A stretch of 64,000 bases of DNA. Source: an uncultured Bacteroidaceae bacterium (GTDB taxonomy: Bacteria > Bacteroidota > Bacteroidia > Bacteroidales > Bacteroidaceae). The position numbers and the translations under genes are program-made. The notes below the pieces were generated by a model. It was given only the letters and a program-made list of their open reading frames with translations, was not told where the DNA came from and did not search any database. Location: positions 4,951-68,950 of the forward strand of contig CAJOEI010000025.1 in assembly GCA_905233465.1 (NCBI GenBank). Reading direction: 5' to 3'. Positions within the stretch are counted from its first letter, which is position 1. The number at the start of each line of letters is the position of its first letter. Shown piece after piece: positions 54,375 through 62,926 of the stretch.

Positions 54375-56005
54375 TATCTTATCGTTCCCAACGAGCGTTG
54401 GAGATAAAGCTCGGCTAAGCGTGTGTCGATGTTGGCCTCCACCAGTGTGGAATGAGCCGACAGCCATGCTGTCTGTGCCTGCAGCACGTTGCTCACGGGA
54501 ATCACGCCCTCGGCCATACCCAGATTGGCCATGCGCAAGTTCTCGTCGGCCTGCTCCTGCGAGCGGCGGGCAGCGGCCATGCGCTCGCGGGCCTCCTGCA
54601 ACTTCTGCTGGTTTTGCTTCACCTGCAGGGTAATCTTCTCGCGGGTGTCGCTCAGACGCGTCTCGGCAACCTTGGCCTCGGCACGCGCCTGACGCACCTT
54701 GTAGAGGCGGTCGCCCCAGGTCACGACGGGTACCTTCAGCACCACGCCGGCGCTCCACATGCCGTTGAACTTCTTTTCGAAGCCGTTGAACACGTTGGGG
54801 TTGGAAACCAGATAACCAGCCGTGAGAGCCAGATTGGGCATATACTCCGAGCGAGCCACCTTAATCTGTTCGCGTTTCACCTGCGCTGCGATGTCCAAGG
54901 CCTGTAACTCAGGACGATTGCTCATCGCCGTCTCAACAGCTGTATTGGCAAGCATCTCATCCGCCTCAGCTACCGTTGCTGCACTCGCATCACTGACCTC
55001 AATGCTCTCATCTGCCAGCACAAAGGTCTCGTCCAAGGGCAGGCCGCAGAGCTGTGCCAGCGCCATGCGCGAGAGCACAAGGCCGTTCTCCACCTGGATC
55101 ATCGCCACCTCAGCCTCGTTGACCTTCACCTTCACGCTCAGGCCGTCGGCTTTCGTGGCCATACCTTCGTCGATGATGCGGTCCACGTCGGCGTCGAGCT
55201 TGCGTACTGTCTGCAGGAAACTCTCAGCCAGCTTGCGCTTGGCCTGCAGGTTGACGATGCGCCAGTAGGCCTCGTCCACGCTCACTAACAGCTCATGTTC
55301 CTCCAGAGTGTGTTTGGCTCCGGCAGCTTCCTCGGCCAACCGCGTGATGCGGTCGTAGGCGCGAATCTTGCCGCCCATGTACAGGGGCTGTGTGAGCATG
55401 ATGCTCGCGCCAGTCATGTTGCGGGTGTCGGTGCGGAAGGCATCCACGATGCTTGCACCGGCCTCGTCGAGCACAGAGGCCATGTTGGTCAACATGCCGT
55501 TGAACACCGTGGAGGCCTGTGCCAGATACGGTGCCGCAGCCTGCTGCAGCAGTTGTGGATTCTGAAGCATCTGCGCCAGCTGCGGGTTCTGTGCCAACAG
55601 TGTCTGCACTTCGGCGTTCTGCATCAGCGCCGCAAACTCAGGGCTCTGGGTGTAGGCCGTCAGCTGGCTTTGGTAGTTGGCCACGCCCTGCTGCATGCCC
55701 TGACGCACGCTCGTGGCCAGGTTGGTGCCCAGGTTGTTTAACTTATCTTTCTGCTCACTGTTGAGCAGCGACACCTCTTTGTTGGTTCGCTGGTATGTTC
55801 CCACGGCGTTCACGCGCGGGAAGTAGTTGGACTGCGCCGACTTGTGTTGCCAGTGAGCCGCCTCTTTGCTCAAGGCGCTCATACGCAGCTCCTTGTTACC
55901 CTGCAAGGCCAACGCACGGCAGCTGTCAAGCGTCAGCACTGTCTGAGCGCTCACCACGCCTGCCAACAAGAGGGCCATAAAGGATGTCAGGATTCGTGTG
56001 TTCAT
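54374..56005 (-). CDS. TolC family outer membrane efflux protein
   Basis: Signal peptide. Two long coiled-coil repeats with TolC-type [16 protein letters not shown] and [11 protein letters not shown] segments. Confidence 0.8.
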   Translation of the reverse strand: MNTRILTSFMALLLAGVVSAQTVLTLDSCRALALQGNKELRMSALSKEAAHWQHKSAQSNYFPRVNAVGTYQRTNKEVSLLNSEQKDKLNNLGTNLATSVRQGMQQGVANYQSQLTAYTQSPEFAALMQNAEVQTLLAQNPQLAQMLQNPQLLQQAAAPYLAQASTVFNGMLTNMASVLDEAGASIVDAFRTDTRNMTGASIMLTQPLYMGGKIRAYDRITRLAEEAAGAKHTLEEHELLVSVDEAYWRIVNLQAKRKLAESFLQTVRKLDADVDRIIDEGMATKADGLSVKVKVNEAEVAMIQVENGLVLSRMALAQLCGLPLDETFVLADESIEVSDASAATVAEADEMLANTAVETAMSNRPELQALDIAAQVKREQIKVARSEYMPNLALTAGYLVSNPNVFNGFEKKFNGMWSAGVVLKVPVVTWGDRLYKVRQARAEAKVAETRLSDTREKITLQVKQNQQKLQEARERMAAARRSQEQADENLRMANLGMAEGVIPVSNVLQAQTAWLSAHSTLVEANIDTRLAELYLQRSLGTIR

Positions 56006-56186
56006 TTATATAGGTTTTATAAAATCGCCTGCAAAGGTCGCCACTTTTCGGGAGATGACCAAATCCACGCGGCACGCAAAGACTAATTTACAAAAGAAAA
56101 CCCCTTTTTGCATACTGTTAGGCCCACACAGATGCCCAACAACGCAAAAAAATGCCCAAACACTTGCCCATATCAGCCAAATCCAA

Positions 56187-56194
56187 TACTTTTG
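56187..56194 (+). promoter_or_regulatory. candidate -7 box TACTTTTG for leuA
   Basis: Matches TAnnTTTG 29 nt upstream of ATG 56223. Confidence 0.5.
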
Positions 56195-56222
56195 CCGACA
56201 ATTTCAACCACAATATATTTGC

Positions 56223-57725
56223 ATGTCCGACAGACTCTTTATCCTCGACACCACCCTGCGCGACGGCGAACAAGTGCCTGGCTGCCAGCTCAACACCATT
56301 GAGAAGATACAAGTGGCCAAGCAGCTCGAAGCACTTGGCGTGGACGTCATCGAGGCGGGCTTCCCCATCAGCTCACCGGGCGACTTCAACAGCGTCATAG
56401 AGATATCCAAGGCCGTCACGTGGCCCACCATCTGTGCACTCACACGAGCTGTGGAGCATGACATCGACGTGGCCGTGGATGCATTGCGCTATGCCAAGCG
56501 CAAGCGCATACACACTGGTATCGGCACATCCGACACACACATCAAATACAAGTTCAACGCCTCGCGAGAGGAAATCATTGAGCGCGCTGTGGCTGCCGTG
56601 AAATACGCGCGACGCTTCTGCGACGACGTGGAGTTCTACGCCGAGGATGCCGGACGCACAGACAACGAGTATCTGGCACGTGTCATCGAGGCCGTGGTCA
56701 AAGCGGGTGCAACGGTGTGCAACATCCCTGACACCACAGGCTACTGCCTGCCACAGGAGTTCGGCGACAAGATACGCTATCTCATGGAACACGTCGACGG
56801 ACTCAGCAGTGGCAAGGCGATTCTCAGTGTGCACTGCCACAACGACCTCGGCATGGCCACAGCAAACACCATAGCAGGCATCACCGCAGGCGCACGACAG
56901 GCCGAAGTCACCATCAACGGCATTGGCGAACGTGCTGGCAACACCAGCCTCGAAGAAGTGGCAATGATACTCAAGTGCCACAAGCACATCGGCATCGACA
57001 CCAACATCAATACACAGCAAATCTATCCCACATCGCGACTCGTAAGCTCGCTGATGAACATGCCCGTACAGCCCAACAAGGCCATCGTGGGACGCAACGC
57101 CTTCGCACACTCCAGCGGAATACATCAGGACGGAGTCATCAAGAACGCACAGACTTACGAAATCATTAACCCTAACGATGTAGGCATTGACGACAACAGC
57201 ATTCTGCTCACCGCACGTAGCGGACACGCCGCTCTCAAACACCGCCTGCAGGCGCTGGGAATAGAACTCACCGACGAAGCTCTCGACAAGACCTACGAGG
57301 CGTTCCTGCGACTGGCCGATCAGAAGAAAGAAGTCACCAACGACGACATCCTCATGCTCGCAGGAGCCGACCGCAACGCCACACATGCCATCAAACTCGA
57401 ATACCTGCAGGTCACAACAGGCATGGGCGTGCGCAGCGTGGCCGCAATAGGGCTCAACATCAGCGGCGAACGTTTTGAGGCCTCTGCTTCGGGCAACGGA
57501 CCCGTGGATGCCGCCATCAAAGCTCTCAAGGTCATCATACGCCGCAAGATGACACTAAAGGAGTTCACCATACAGGCCATCTCCAAGGGCTCCGACGATG
57601 TAGGCAAAGTGCACATGCAGGTAGAGTACGACGGACAACTCTACTACGGCTTCGGGGCAAATACTGACATCGTCACTGCCAGCGTGGAAGCATATATCGA
57701 CTGCATCAACAAATTCAGGAAATAA
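56223..57725 (+). CDS. leuA: 2-isopropylmalate synthase
   Basis: Contains [36 protein letters not shown] and HSSGIHQDG. The track ORF (55998) is over-extended upstream through the promoter. Confidence 0.9.
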   Translation: MSDRLFILDTTLRDGEQVPGCQLNTIEKIQVAKQLEALGVDVIEAGFPISSPGDFNSVIEISKAVTWPTICALTRAVEHDIDVAVDALRYAKRKRIHTGIGTSDTHIKYKFNASREEIIERAVAAVKYARRFCDDVEFYAEDAGRTDNEYLARVIEAVVKAGATVCNIPDTTGYCLPQEFGDKIRYLMEHVDGLSSGKAILSVHCHNDLGMATANTIAGITAGARQAEVTINGIGERAGNTSLEEVAMILKCHKHIGIDTNINTQQIYPTSRLVSSLMNMPVQPNKAIVGRNAFAHSSGIHQDGVIKNAQTYEIINPNDVGIDDNSILLTARSGHAALKHRLQALGIELTDEALDKTYEAFLRLADQKKEVTNDDILMLAGADRNATHAIKLEYLQVTTGMGVRSVAAIGLNISGERFEASASGNGPVDAAIKALKVIIRRKMTLKEFTIQAISKGSDDVGKVHMQVEYDGQLYYGFGANTDIVTASVEAYIDCINKFRK

Positions 57726-57769
57726 GCGACAAGACGCTAACAGCACAACTTCTCGACATACAATCCTCA

Positions 57770-57849
57770 ACGAATTATACGAATTATACGAATATTGTAT
57801 ATGCGTATTTAGTCTGCGCTTATAGATTCGTATAATTCGTATAATTCGT
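57770..57849. repeat. perfect 24-bp inverted repeat built from tandem 9-mers (CGAATTATA), with a 32-nt spacer
   Basis: acgaattatacgaattatacgaat (57770-57793) is the exact reverse complement of attcgtataattcgtataattcgt (57826-57849). It lies 45 nt after the leuA stop. Confidence 0.9.
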
Positions 57850-58025
57850 AGCATAAAGATAATGTCTGCATTTTGACATAGCGCTAATTTGCTGTTGTTT
57901 TGCTCCACAAGCCTGCATGAACCGTTAACAATAGTTAAAACATCGTGCGCGTGCAACGTGCGTATTCTATTATTTGCTTACTTTGTAGCCATAACTAACT
58001 ATAAACCATAAAAAACCTCTATTAT

Positions 58026-61000
58026 ATGAAACGAATACTACTATTCCTGTTCGTTGTCGTCACCTCGGCAATGGCGATGGCAGAGGTCATAACACCAGAG
58101 CAGGCACTGGAGCAAGCTCAGAGCTTCATCTCCAAGAGAGAGGCTGACGGCACCAGGCCTCGCCGTGCCCCGGGCACAGCCGCTTCGCGCCTGACAATGA
58201 CCGGCCAAATTAGCGGACTGTATGTCTTCAACGTAGCTGCCGACGGCGGCTTTGTCATCGTCAGCAACGACGACAGCACACGGCCTATTCTCGGATATTC
58301 CGACAGCGGCAACATCGACATCAACAACATCCCGCAAAACATGCGTGCATGGCTGCAGGGCTATGCCGACGAGATAGCGTGGGCACAGAAGCATCCGACA
58401 CAGCAGACGTCACAGCAGCTGAAGAAGGCCCCGCGACGCATCGGTACACACAGCACCACAGCCATCGAGCCGCTGGTGAAGTCGACGTGGAATCAGGGCG
58501 AACCGTTTAACAACCTATGTCCAACTTACGACGGCAGCAACAAATCTGCCACGGGATGTGTTGCCACAGCAATGGCACAGGTGATGAACTACCACGAGTG
58601 GCCAACGGCAGCCACGCAGTCCATCCCAGGATACACAACAGACAGCCATCAGCTTAGCTTGTCATCGTTAGACCCCGTCACCTTCGACTGGAACAATATG
58701 CTTGATAGCTATCCAGATAATGGATACAACGACACGCAAGCCACAGCCGTAGCTACGCTGCTGCAATATTGCGGCTGGTCCGTCCAGATGGACTATGGGC
58801 CGGAATCGGGCGCAACGACATCTGCAGTGGCGGATGCACTAATAGCCTATTTCGACTACAACTCCAACACCACGCAGTGTGTCATTCGTAGCTTCTACAC
58901 CTATGCCAAGTGGACCGACCTCATCTACCATGAGCTGTCGCAGAACCGTCCTGTGGTATATGGTGGCTCGTCTTCAGGCGGCGGACACGAGTTTGTATGC
59001 GACGGATACAAGTATGAGAACGAGACTGACTTCTTCCACATCAACTGGGGATGGGGCGGCATGAGCGACGAATACTTTGTCCTGTCAGCCCTTGACCCCG
59101 ACCAGCAGGGCATCGGCGGCAGCACCTCCAACGACGGCTTCCACTACGGTCAGGATGCTGTCATAGGCATTCAGCCATCAACAGGCACAGGCACTGTGGC
59201 CAACATCACACCTAATACAATCAAGCTGGCTATGACCAGCATGACACTGAGCAGCAATACCACCTATGTGGGCTTCCCTGTGGATGTCACACTCAGCATC
59301 AAAAACAATAGCTCGGATGACTACGATGGAGACATCTATTTGGGATTGAAATTATCAAAAGGATATAGTCTTGCTGAAGGCAACAACTTCTCCATCCCGG
59401 CTGGAGAGACAAGAGACTGTACCTTCTCATTCAATCCATCAGAAGCAGGCTCCTATGACTTCGTGTTCTTCTTCCCCAATGTTTACGGCTCATATTCTAC
59501 TAATGGCGAAGTTGGAGCTACACTGACTGTAGAACAACCCAGCGGTCTCACCGTGTACGACGGAACAGATGAAAGCCAGGAAGTTCCGGCATACATTTTT
59601 TACTTTGATGAATACACAAGAAGTCAGTTTGTCATTCCAGCGAGCGACTTGACAGCCATGAACGGCAACATAATCAATGCTTTGGTGTTTTATACAACAG
59701 CTGACAACACCCCTTGTACCACGATGTGCCCGGTAGATGTCTATGTGAAGGAGGTGGACTACACCTCTATCAACGCTTTTGAGACAAAGGAGAGTTCAAC
59801 TATCGTCTACCAAGGTAAACTTACCATCCTTCGGTCGGGCTCTGGCGGTGTGCTCACCATACCGCTAACAACCCCTTACGCCTACGGCGGAGGCAATCTG
59901 ATGATAGGCATAGAGAACACCACAGACGATGGCTTTGATGACATCACCTTCTTGGGTCAGACGGTTAATGGGGCCTCTGTTGCCGGCAGTGCAAGCAGTC
60001 TGGCCGGTGTGTATCCAACACAGCAGAACTTCATACCAAAGACATTGTTCATGCATGAGCCTCCTGCCATTGAAATGCCATCCACGCTCACAGCTACCAA
60101 CGTGACCACAAGCGGGGCCACGCTGACCTGGTCGGGCGGCACGGGAAAGTATAATGTGGAATACAAGAAGGTCAGTGATGCAGATTGGACAGTACTCCTC
60201 AGCAACACGACACAGCTCACCTACACCTTTACGAATCTTGATATCTACACCGATTATCAGGCCCGCGTGCAGTCGGTGGATGCCAGCGATGCCACAAGCC
60301 ATTGGAGAACCATAGACTTCTCCACACCTCTGGCGGATGACATGTGTCAGATATCCTTGAAACTGACAGACGGCTATGGTGACGGTTGGAACGACGCAGC
60401 CATACAAGTGGTAGATGTCCTGACCAGCACACTTTTGGGGACATTCGCTAACACCAGTGCGGCAGGTAAGGGCGAAGCACAAACATACTACGCAGCAGTG
60501 CCCAATGACAGAGACATTCAGTTCCAGTGGGTAGCAGGAAGCTATGACAGCGAATGTTCATACGTGGTATATGATGTGAATGGAGATGAGATATTCTCTG
60601 GCAGCGGCGCCATGAATTCATCATTCACCCATCACGTAAACTGCAACGCCATATCCAAACCGAAGGACCTGCTCGTCAGCAACGTGAACGCCAACGCTGC
60701 TACCATCACGTGGACGGGCACCGCTGACAGCTATGAACTGCGCTACAGGGTCGCATCAGGTTTCCGCTATGGCTTCGAGACGGCAGAGCCGTGGGCTGTG
60801 GATGACTTCCCACCATGTAGCACTTACGACGGCGATGGTACGCAGACATACACTTTCAGCGGATGGTCCTTCACAAACCAAGGCTATACCGGTGCATGCA
60901 TTGCTTTCAATAATGATAATAATAGTAGCGGAAGCATGGTATCTCACAGCGGCAACGCCTTCGGCATGATGATGAATCCAAATAGCGGCGCTGCCAACGA

Positions 61001-62180
61001 CTGGTTTATCCTGCCAGAAATAACAATACAAGATGGATATATCCTCTCGTTCTGGGCAAGAGAAATCACATCCAATTATGGTAATGAGATTATCAATGTC
61101 GGTGTCTATGGCGACACAGATGGCACTTTCTCCACGACACTGGCTGATAATGTCGGTATTGCAGGAACGGTGTGGCAAGAATATAAATATGACCTGTCGG
61201 CATACGTAGGCCAAACCGTTCGGCTGGCTATCAACTGTGTTTCGAATGATGTCTTCGGTTTCATGTTCGACGACATCTACGTTGGCAATCCCAACGATGA
61301 CAGCGGTTGGACAACAGTAGCCGATGCCACTTCACCATACTCACTGACTGGATTGGCAGAAGAGACCCTGTACGAGGTTCAGGTGCGTGGCAAATATGTC
61401 TCGGCAGGCTACAGCGCATGGACTCAATCTGCCACCTTCACCACCAACGCAGAAGTCACGCTTGCTAATGTCGGTGACAACACCAATGTCATTAGTACGA
61501 ACAACGGTAAGACGTGCAGCGTCACACTTGCAAACCGCACGCTGTACAAGGACGGCAAGTGGAACACTATCTGCCTGCCCTTCGACGTGACGCTGGCCGA
61601 CAGCCCGCTGGCAGGAGCCACGGCACGCACCGTCACGGCTGCCAGCATCAGCGGCACCACACTCAACATGACGTTCGGCGACGCTGTTGATGTGCTGCAG
61701 GCCGGCACACCGTACATCATCAAGTGGGCAACTGGCAGCGATATTGTAAATCCTGTCTTCGAGGGTGTGCAGATGTCTACGGCATACAACAGCTATGACA
61801 ACGGTCAGACGGGCGATGCATACGTTGGCTTCATCGGCACTTACCAGTCTATGCAGCTCACGGGCGCCTTACTTACCGAATATGCCAACAGAGTACTGTT
61901 GCTCACAGGCAACAATCAACTGCGTTACGCTGTTGAGGGCGTCGGCCTGGGTGCTCAGCGAGCATTCTTCCTGCTCGGCGAAAACGCTTCGTCAGTGAAG
62001 CAGGTGACATCCTTCAGCATCGACTTTGGCGACGACGTGACAACAGGCATCATCTCTGTTGACGACGACACACAGTCGGGCAATGGCCTGTGGTACTCCG
62101 TCGACGGACGTGCCTACACCCAGAAGCCGACAACGAAGGGTATCTATATCAATAACGGTAAAAAGCTAATCATAAAATAA
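58026..62180 (+). CDS. large multidomain C10 cysteine peptidase with Fn3, GDGW-type, choice-of-anchor-J/MAM-like modules and a T9SS C-terminal domain
   Basis: Propeptide region FVIVSNDDSTRPILGYS. Cys context STWNQGEPFNNLCPTY...ATGCVATAMAQVMNYHEWP. His context GGGHEFVCDGYKYENETDFFHINWGWGG. Fn3-like segments LTATNVTTSGATLTWSG and LLVSNVNANAATITWTG. Also DGYGDGWND. The MAM/anchor-J-like region reads NDWFILPEITI...VRLAINCVSNDVFGFMFDDIYV. The tail is GLWYSVDGRAYTQKPTTKGIYINNGKKLIIK. Confidence 0.8.
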   Translation: MKRILLFLFVVVTSAMAMAEVITPEQALEQAQSFISKREADGTRPRRAPGTAASRLTMTGQISGLYVFNVAADGGFVIVSNDDSTRPILGYSDSGNIDINNIPQNMRAWLQGYADEIAWAQKHPTQQTSQQLKKAPRRIGTHSTTAIEPLVKSTWNQGEPFNNLCPTYDGSNKSATGCVATAMAQVMNYHEWPTAATQSIPGYTTDSHQLSLSSLDPVTFDWNNMLDSYPDNGYNDTQATAVATLLQYCGWSVQMDYGPESGATTSAVADALIAYFDYNSNTTQCVIRSFYTYAKWTDLIYHELSQNRPVVYGGSSSGGGHEFVCDGYKYENETDFFHINWGWGGMSDEYFVLSALDPDQQGIGGSTSNDGFHYGQDAVIGIQPSTGTGTVANITPNTIKLAMTSMTLSSNTTYVGFPVDVTLSIKNNSSDDYDGDIYLGLKLSKGYSLAEGNNFSIPAGETRDCTFSFNPSEAGSYDFVFFFPNVYGSYSTNGEVGATLTVEQPSGLTVYDGTDESQEVPAYIFYFDEYTRSQFVIPASDLTAMNGNIINALVFYTTADNTPCTTMCPVDVYVKEVDYTSINAFETKESSTIVYQGKLTILRSGSGGVLTIPLTTPYAYGGGNLMIGIENTTDDGFDDITFLGQTVNGASVAGSASSLAGVYPTQQNFIPKTLFMHEPPAIEMPSTLTATNVTTSGATLTWSGGTGKYNVEYKKVSDADWTVLLSNTTQLTYTFTNLDIYTDYQARVQSVDASDATSHWRTIDFSTPLADDMCQISLKLTDGYGDGWNDAAIQVVDVLTSTLLGTFANTSAAGKGEAQTYYAAVPNDRDIQFQWVAGSYDSECSYVVYDVNGDEIFSGSGAMNSSFTHHVNCNAISKPKDLLVSNVNANAATITWTGTADSYELRYRVASGFRYGFETAEPWAVDDFPPCSTYDGDGTQTYTFSGWSFTNQGYTGACIAFNNDNNSSGSMVSHSGNAFGMMMNPNSGAANDWFILPEITIQDGYILSFWAREITSNYGNEIINVGVYGDTDGTFSTTLADNVGIAGTVWQEYKYDLSAYVGQTVRLAINCVSNDVFGFMFDDIYVGNPNDDSGWTTVADATSPYSLTGLAEETLYEVQVRGKYVSAGYSAWTQSATFTTNAEVTLANVGDNTNVISTNNGKTCSVTLANRTLYKDGKWNTICLPFDVTLADSPLAGATARTVTAASISGTTLNMTFGDAVDVLQAGTPYIIKWATGSDIVNPVFEGVQMSTAYNSYDNGQTGDAYVGFIGTYQSMQLTGALLTEYANRVLLLTGNNQLRYAVEGVGLGAQRAFFLLGENASSVKQVTSFSIDFGDDVTTGIISVDDDTQSGNGLWYSVDGRAYTQKPTTKGIYINNGKKLIIK

Positions 62181-62202
62181 AAAGTAACAGGAGGACAGCG
62201 CT

Positions 62203-62367
62203 ATGAAAAAAGAATATATCATGCCACTGGCACAGGAGTTCCTGTTGCTACAGGAGAGCAGCCTGATGGTTGTCAGCCAAACAAGTACTAATCTCGACCC
62301 GAACGACGAGATAGAGGTTGTAAATGACAACACCCCATTCCCCGAGGACTTCCCATGGGGAAGATAA
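62203..62367 (+). CDS. small acidic ORF (54 aa), hypothetical
   Basis: Below the ORF-track cutoff. My translation is MKKEYIMPLAQEFLLLQESSLMVVSQTSTNLDPNDEIEVVNDNTPFPEDFPWGR. It starts 23 nt after the peptidase stop and is followed by a strong hairpin. Confidence 0.35.
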   Translation: MKKEYIMPLAQEFLLLQESSLMVVSQTSTNLDPNDEIEVVNDNTPFPEDFPWGR

Positions 62368-62380
62368 AAAATAGTTTTGA

Positions 62381-62426
62381 GGAAGTTAAAGAAGTTAAAG
62401 GACGACACCTTAACTTCTTTAACTCC
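62381..62426 (+). terminator. long hairpin built from tandem 9-mers (GAAGTTAAA)
   Basis: ggaagttaaagaagttaaagg-acgaca-ccttaacttctttaactcc forms about 19 bp with two single-nt bulges. No T-tract follows. Confidence 0.5.
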
Positions 62427-62449
62427 CGATACTATAATAGATCACTCTT

Positions 62450-62926
62450 ATGGTAGGAGAACAGGACAAAGATTTCATGCGTCAGGCTATACGTCTGGCC
62501 GATGACAATGTGGACCACGGCGGCGGTCCCTTCGGTGCCGTCATAGTAAAAGACGGCGAGGTGATTGCAGGAGGATGCAACAGAGTGGTGCCCAATAACG
62601 ACCCCACGGCACACGCCGAAGTCAGCGCCATACGCGAGGCATGCAACAAACTCGGCACATTCGACCTCTCGGGTTGCACCATCTACACCTCATGTGAGCC
62701 TTGCCCCATGTGCCTCGGCGCCATATACTGGGCACGCATAGGACGTATCTATTATGGAAACACGCGATATGATGCACGCGACATCAACTTCGCCGATGAC
62801 TTCATATACGAGGAGATGGATCGCCCGATAGAGCAACGTCAACTGCCCATCATACCCCTCCTGCGCGAAGAAGCCATCCACACCTTCCGCAAGTGGGCAG
62901 AGAAAGAAGACAAAACTGAATATTAA
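62450..62926 (+). CDS. CMP/dCMP-type zinc deaminase (guanine deaminase / nucleoside deaminase-like)
   Basis: Contains PTAHAEVSAIREAC and SCEPCPMCLGAIYWARI. Length is 158 aa. Confidence 0.8.
   Translation: MVGEQDKDFMRQAIRLADDNVDHGGGPFGAVIVKDGEVIAGGCNRVVPNNDPTAHAEVSAIREACNKLGTFDLSGCTIYTSCEPCPMCLGAIYWARIGRIYYGNTRYDARDINFADDFIYEEMDRPIEQRQLPIIPLLREEAIHTFRKWAEKEDKTEY

Noticed and set aside
55998-56222. 75-codon N-terminal extension of leuA suggested by the ORF track
   Set aside because: The extension runs through the TolC/leuA divergent promoter region and a -7 box (56187-56194). The canonical LeuA N-terminus [17 protein letters not shown] begins at ATG 56223. I found no Leu-rich leader ORF either.
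57770-57849. Invertible (phase-variable) promoter flanked by inverted repeats
   Set aside because: The segment between the arms is only 32 nt and contains no TAnnTTTG box. No site-specific recombinase is nearby. A hairpin or terminator-type role is more plausible.
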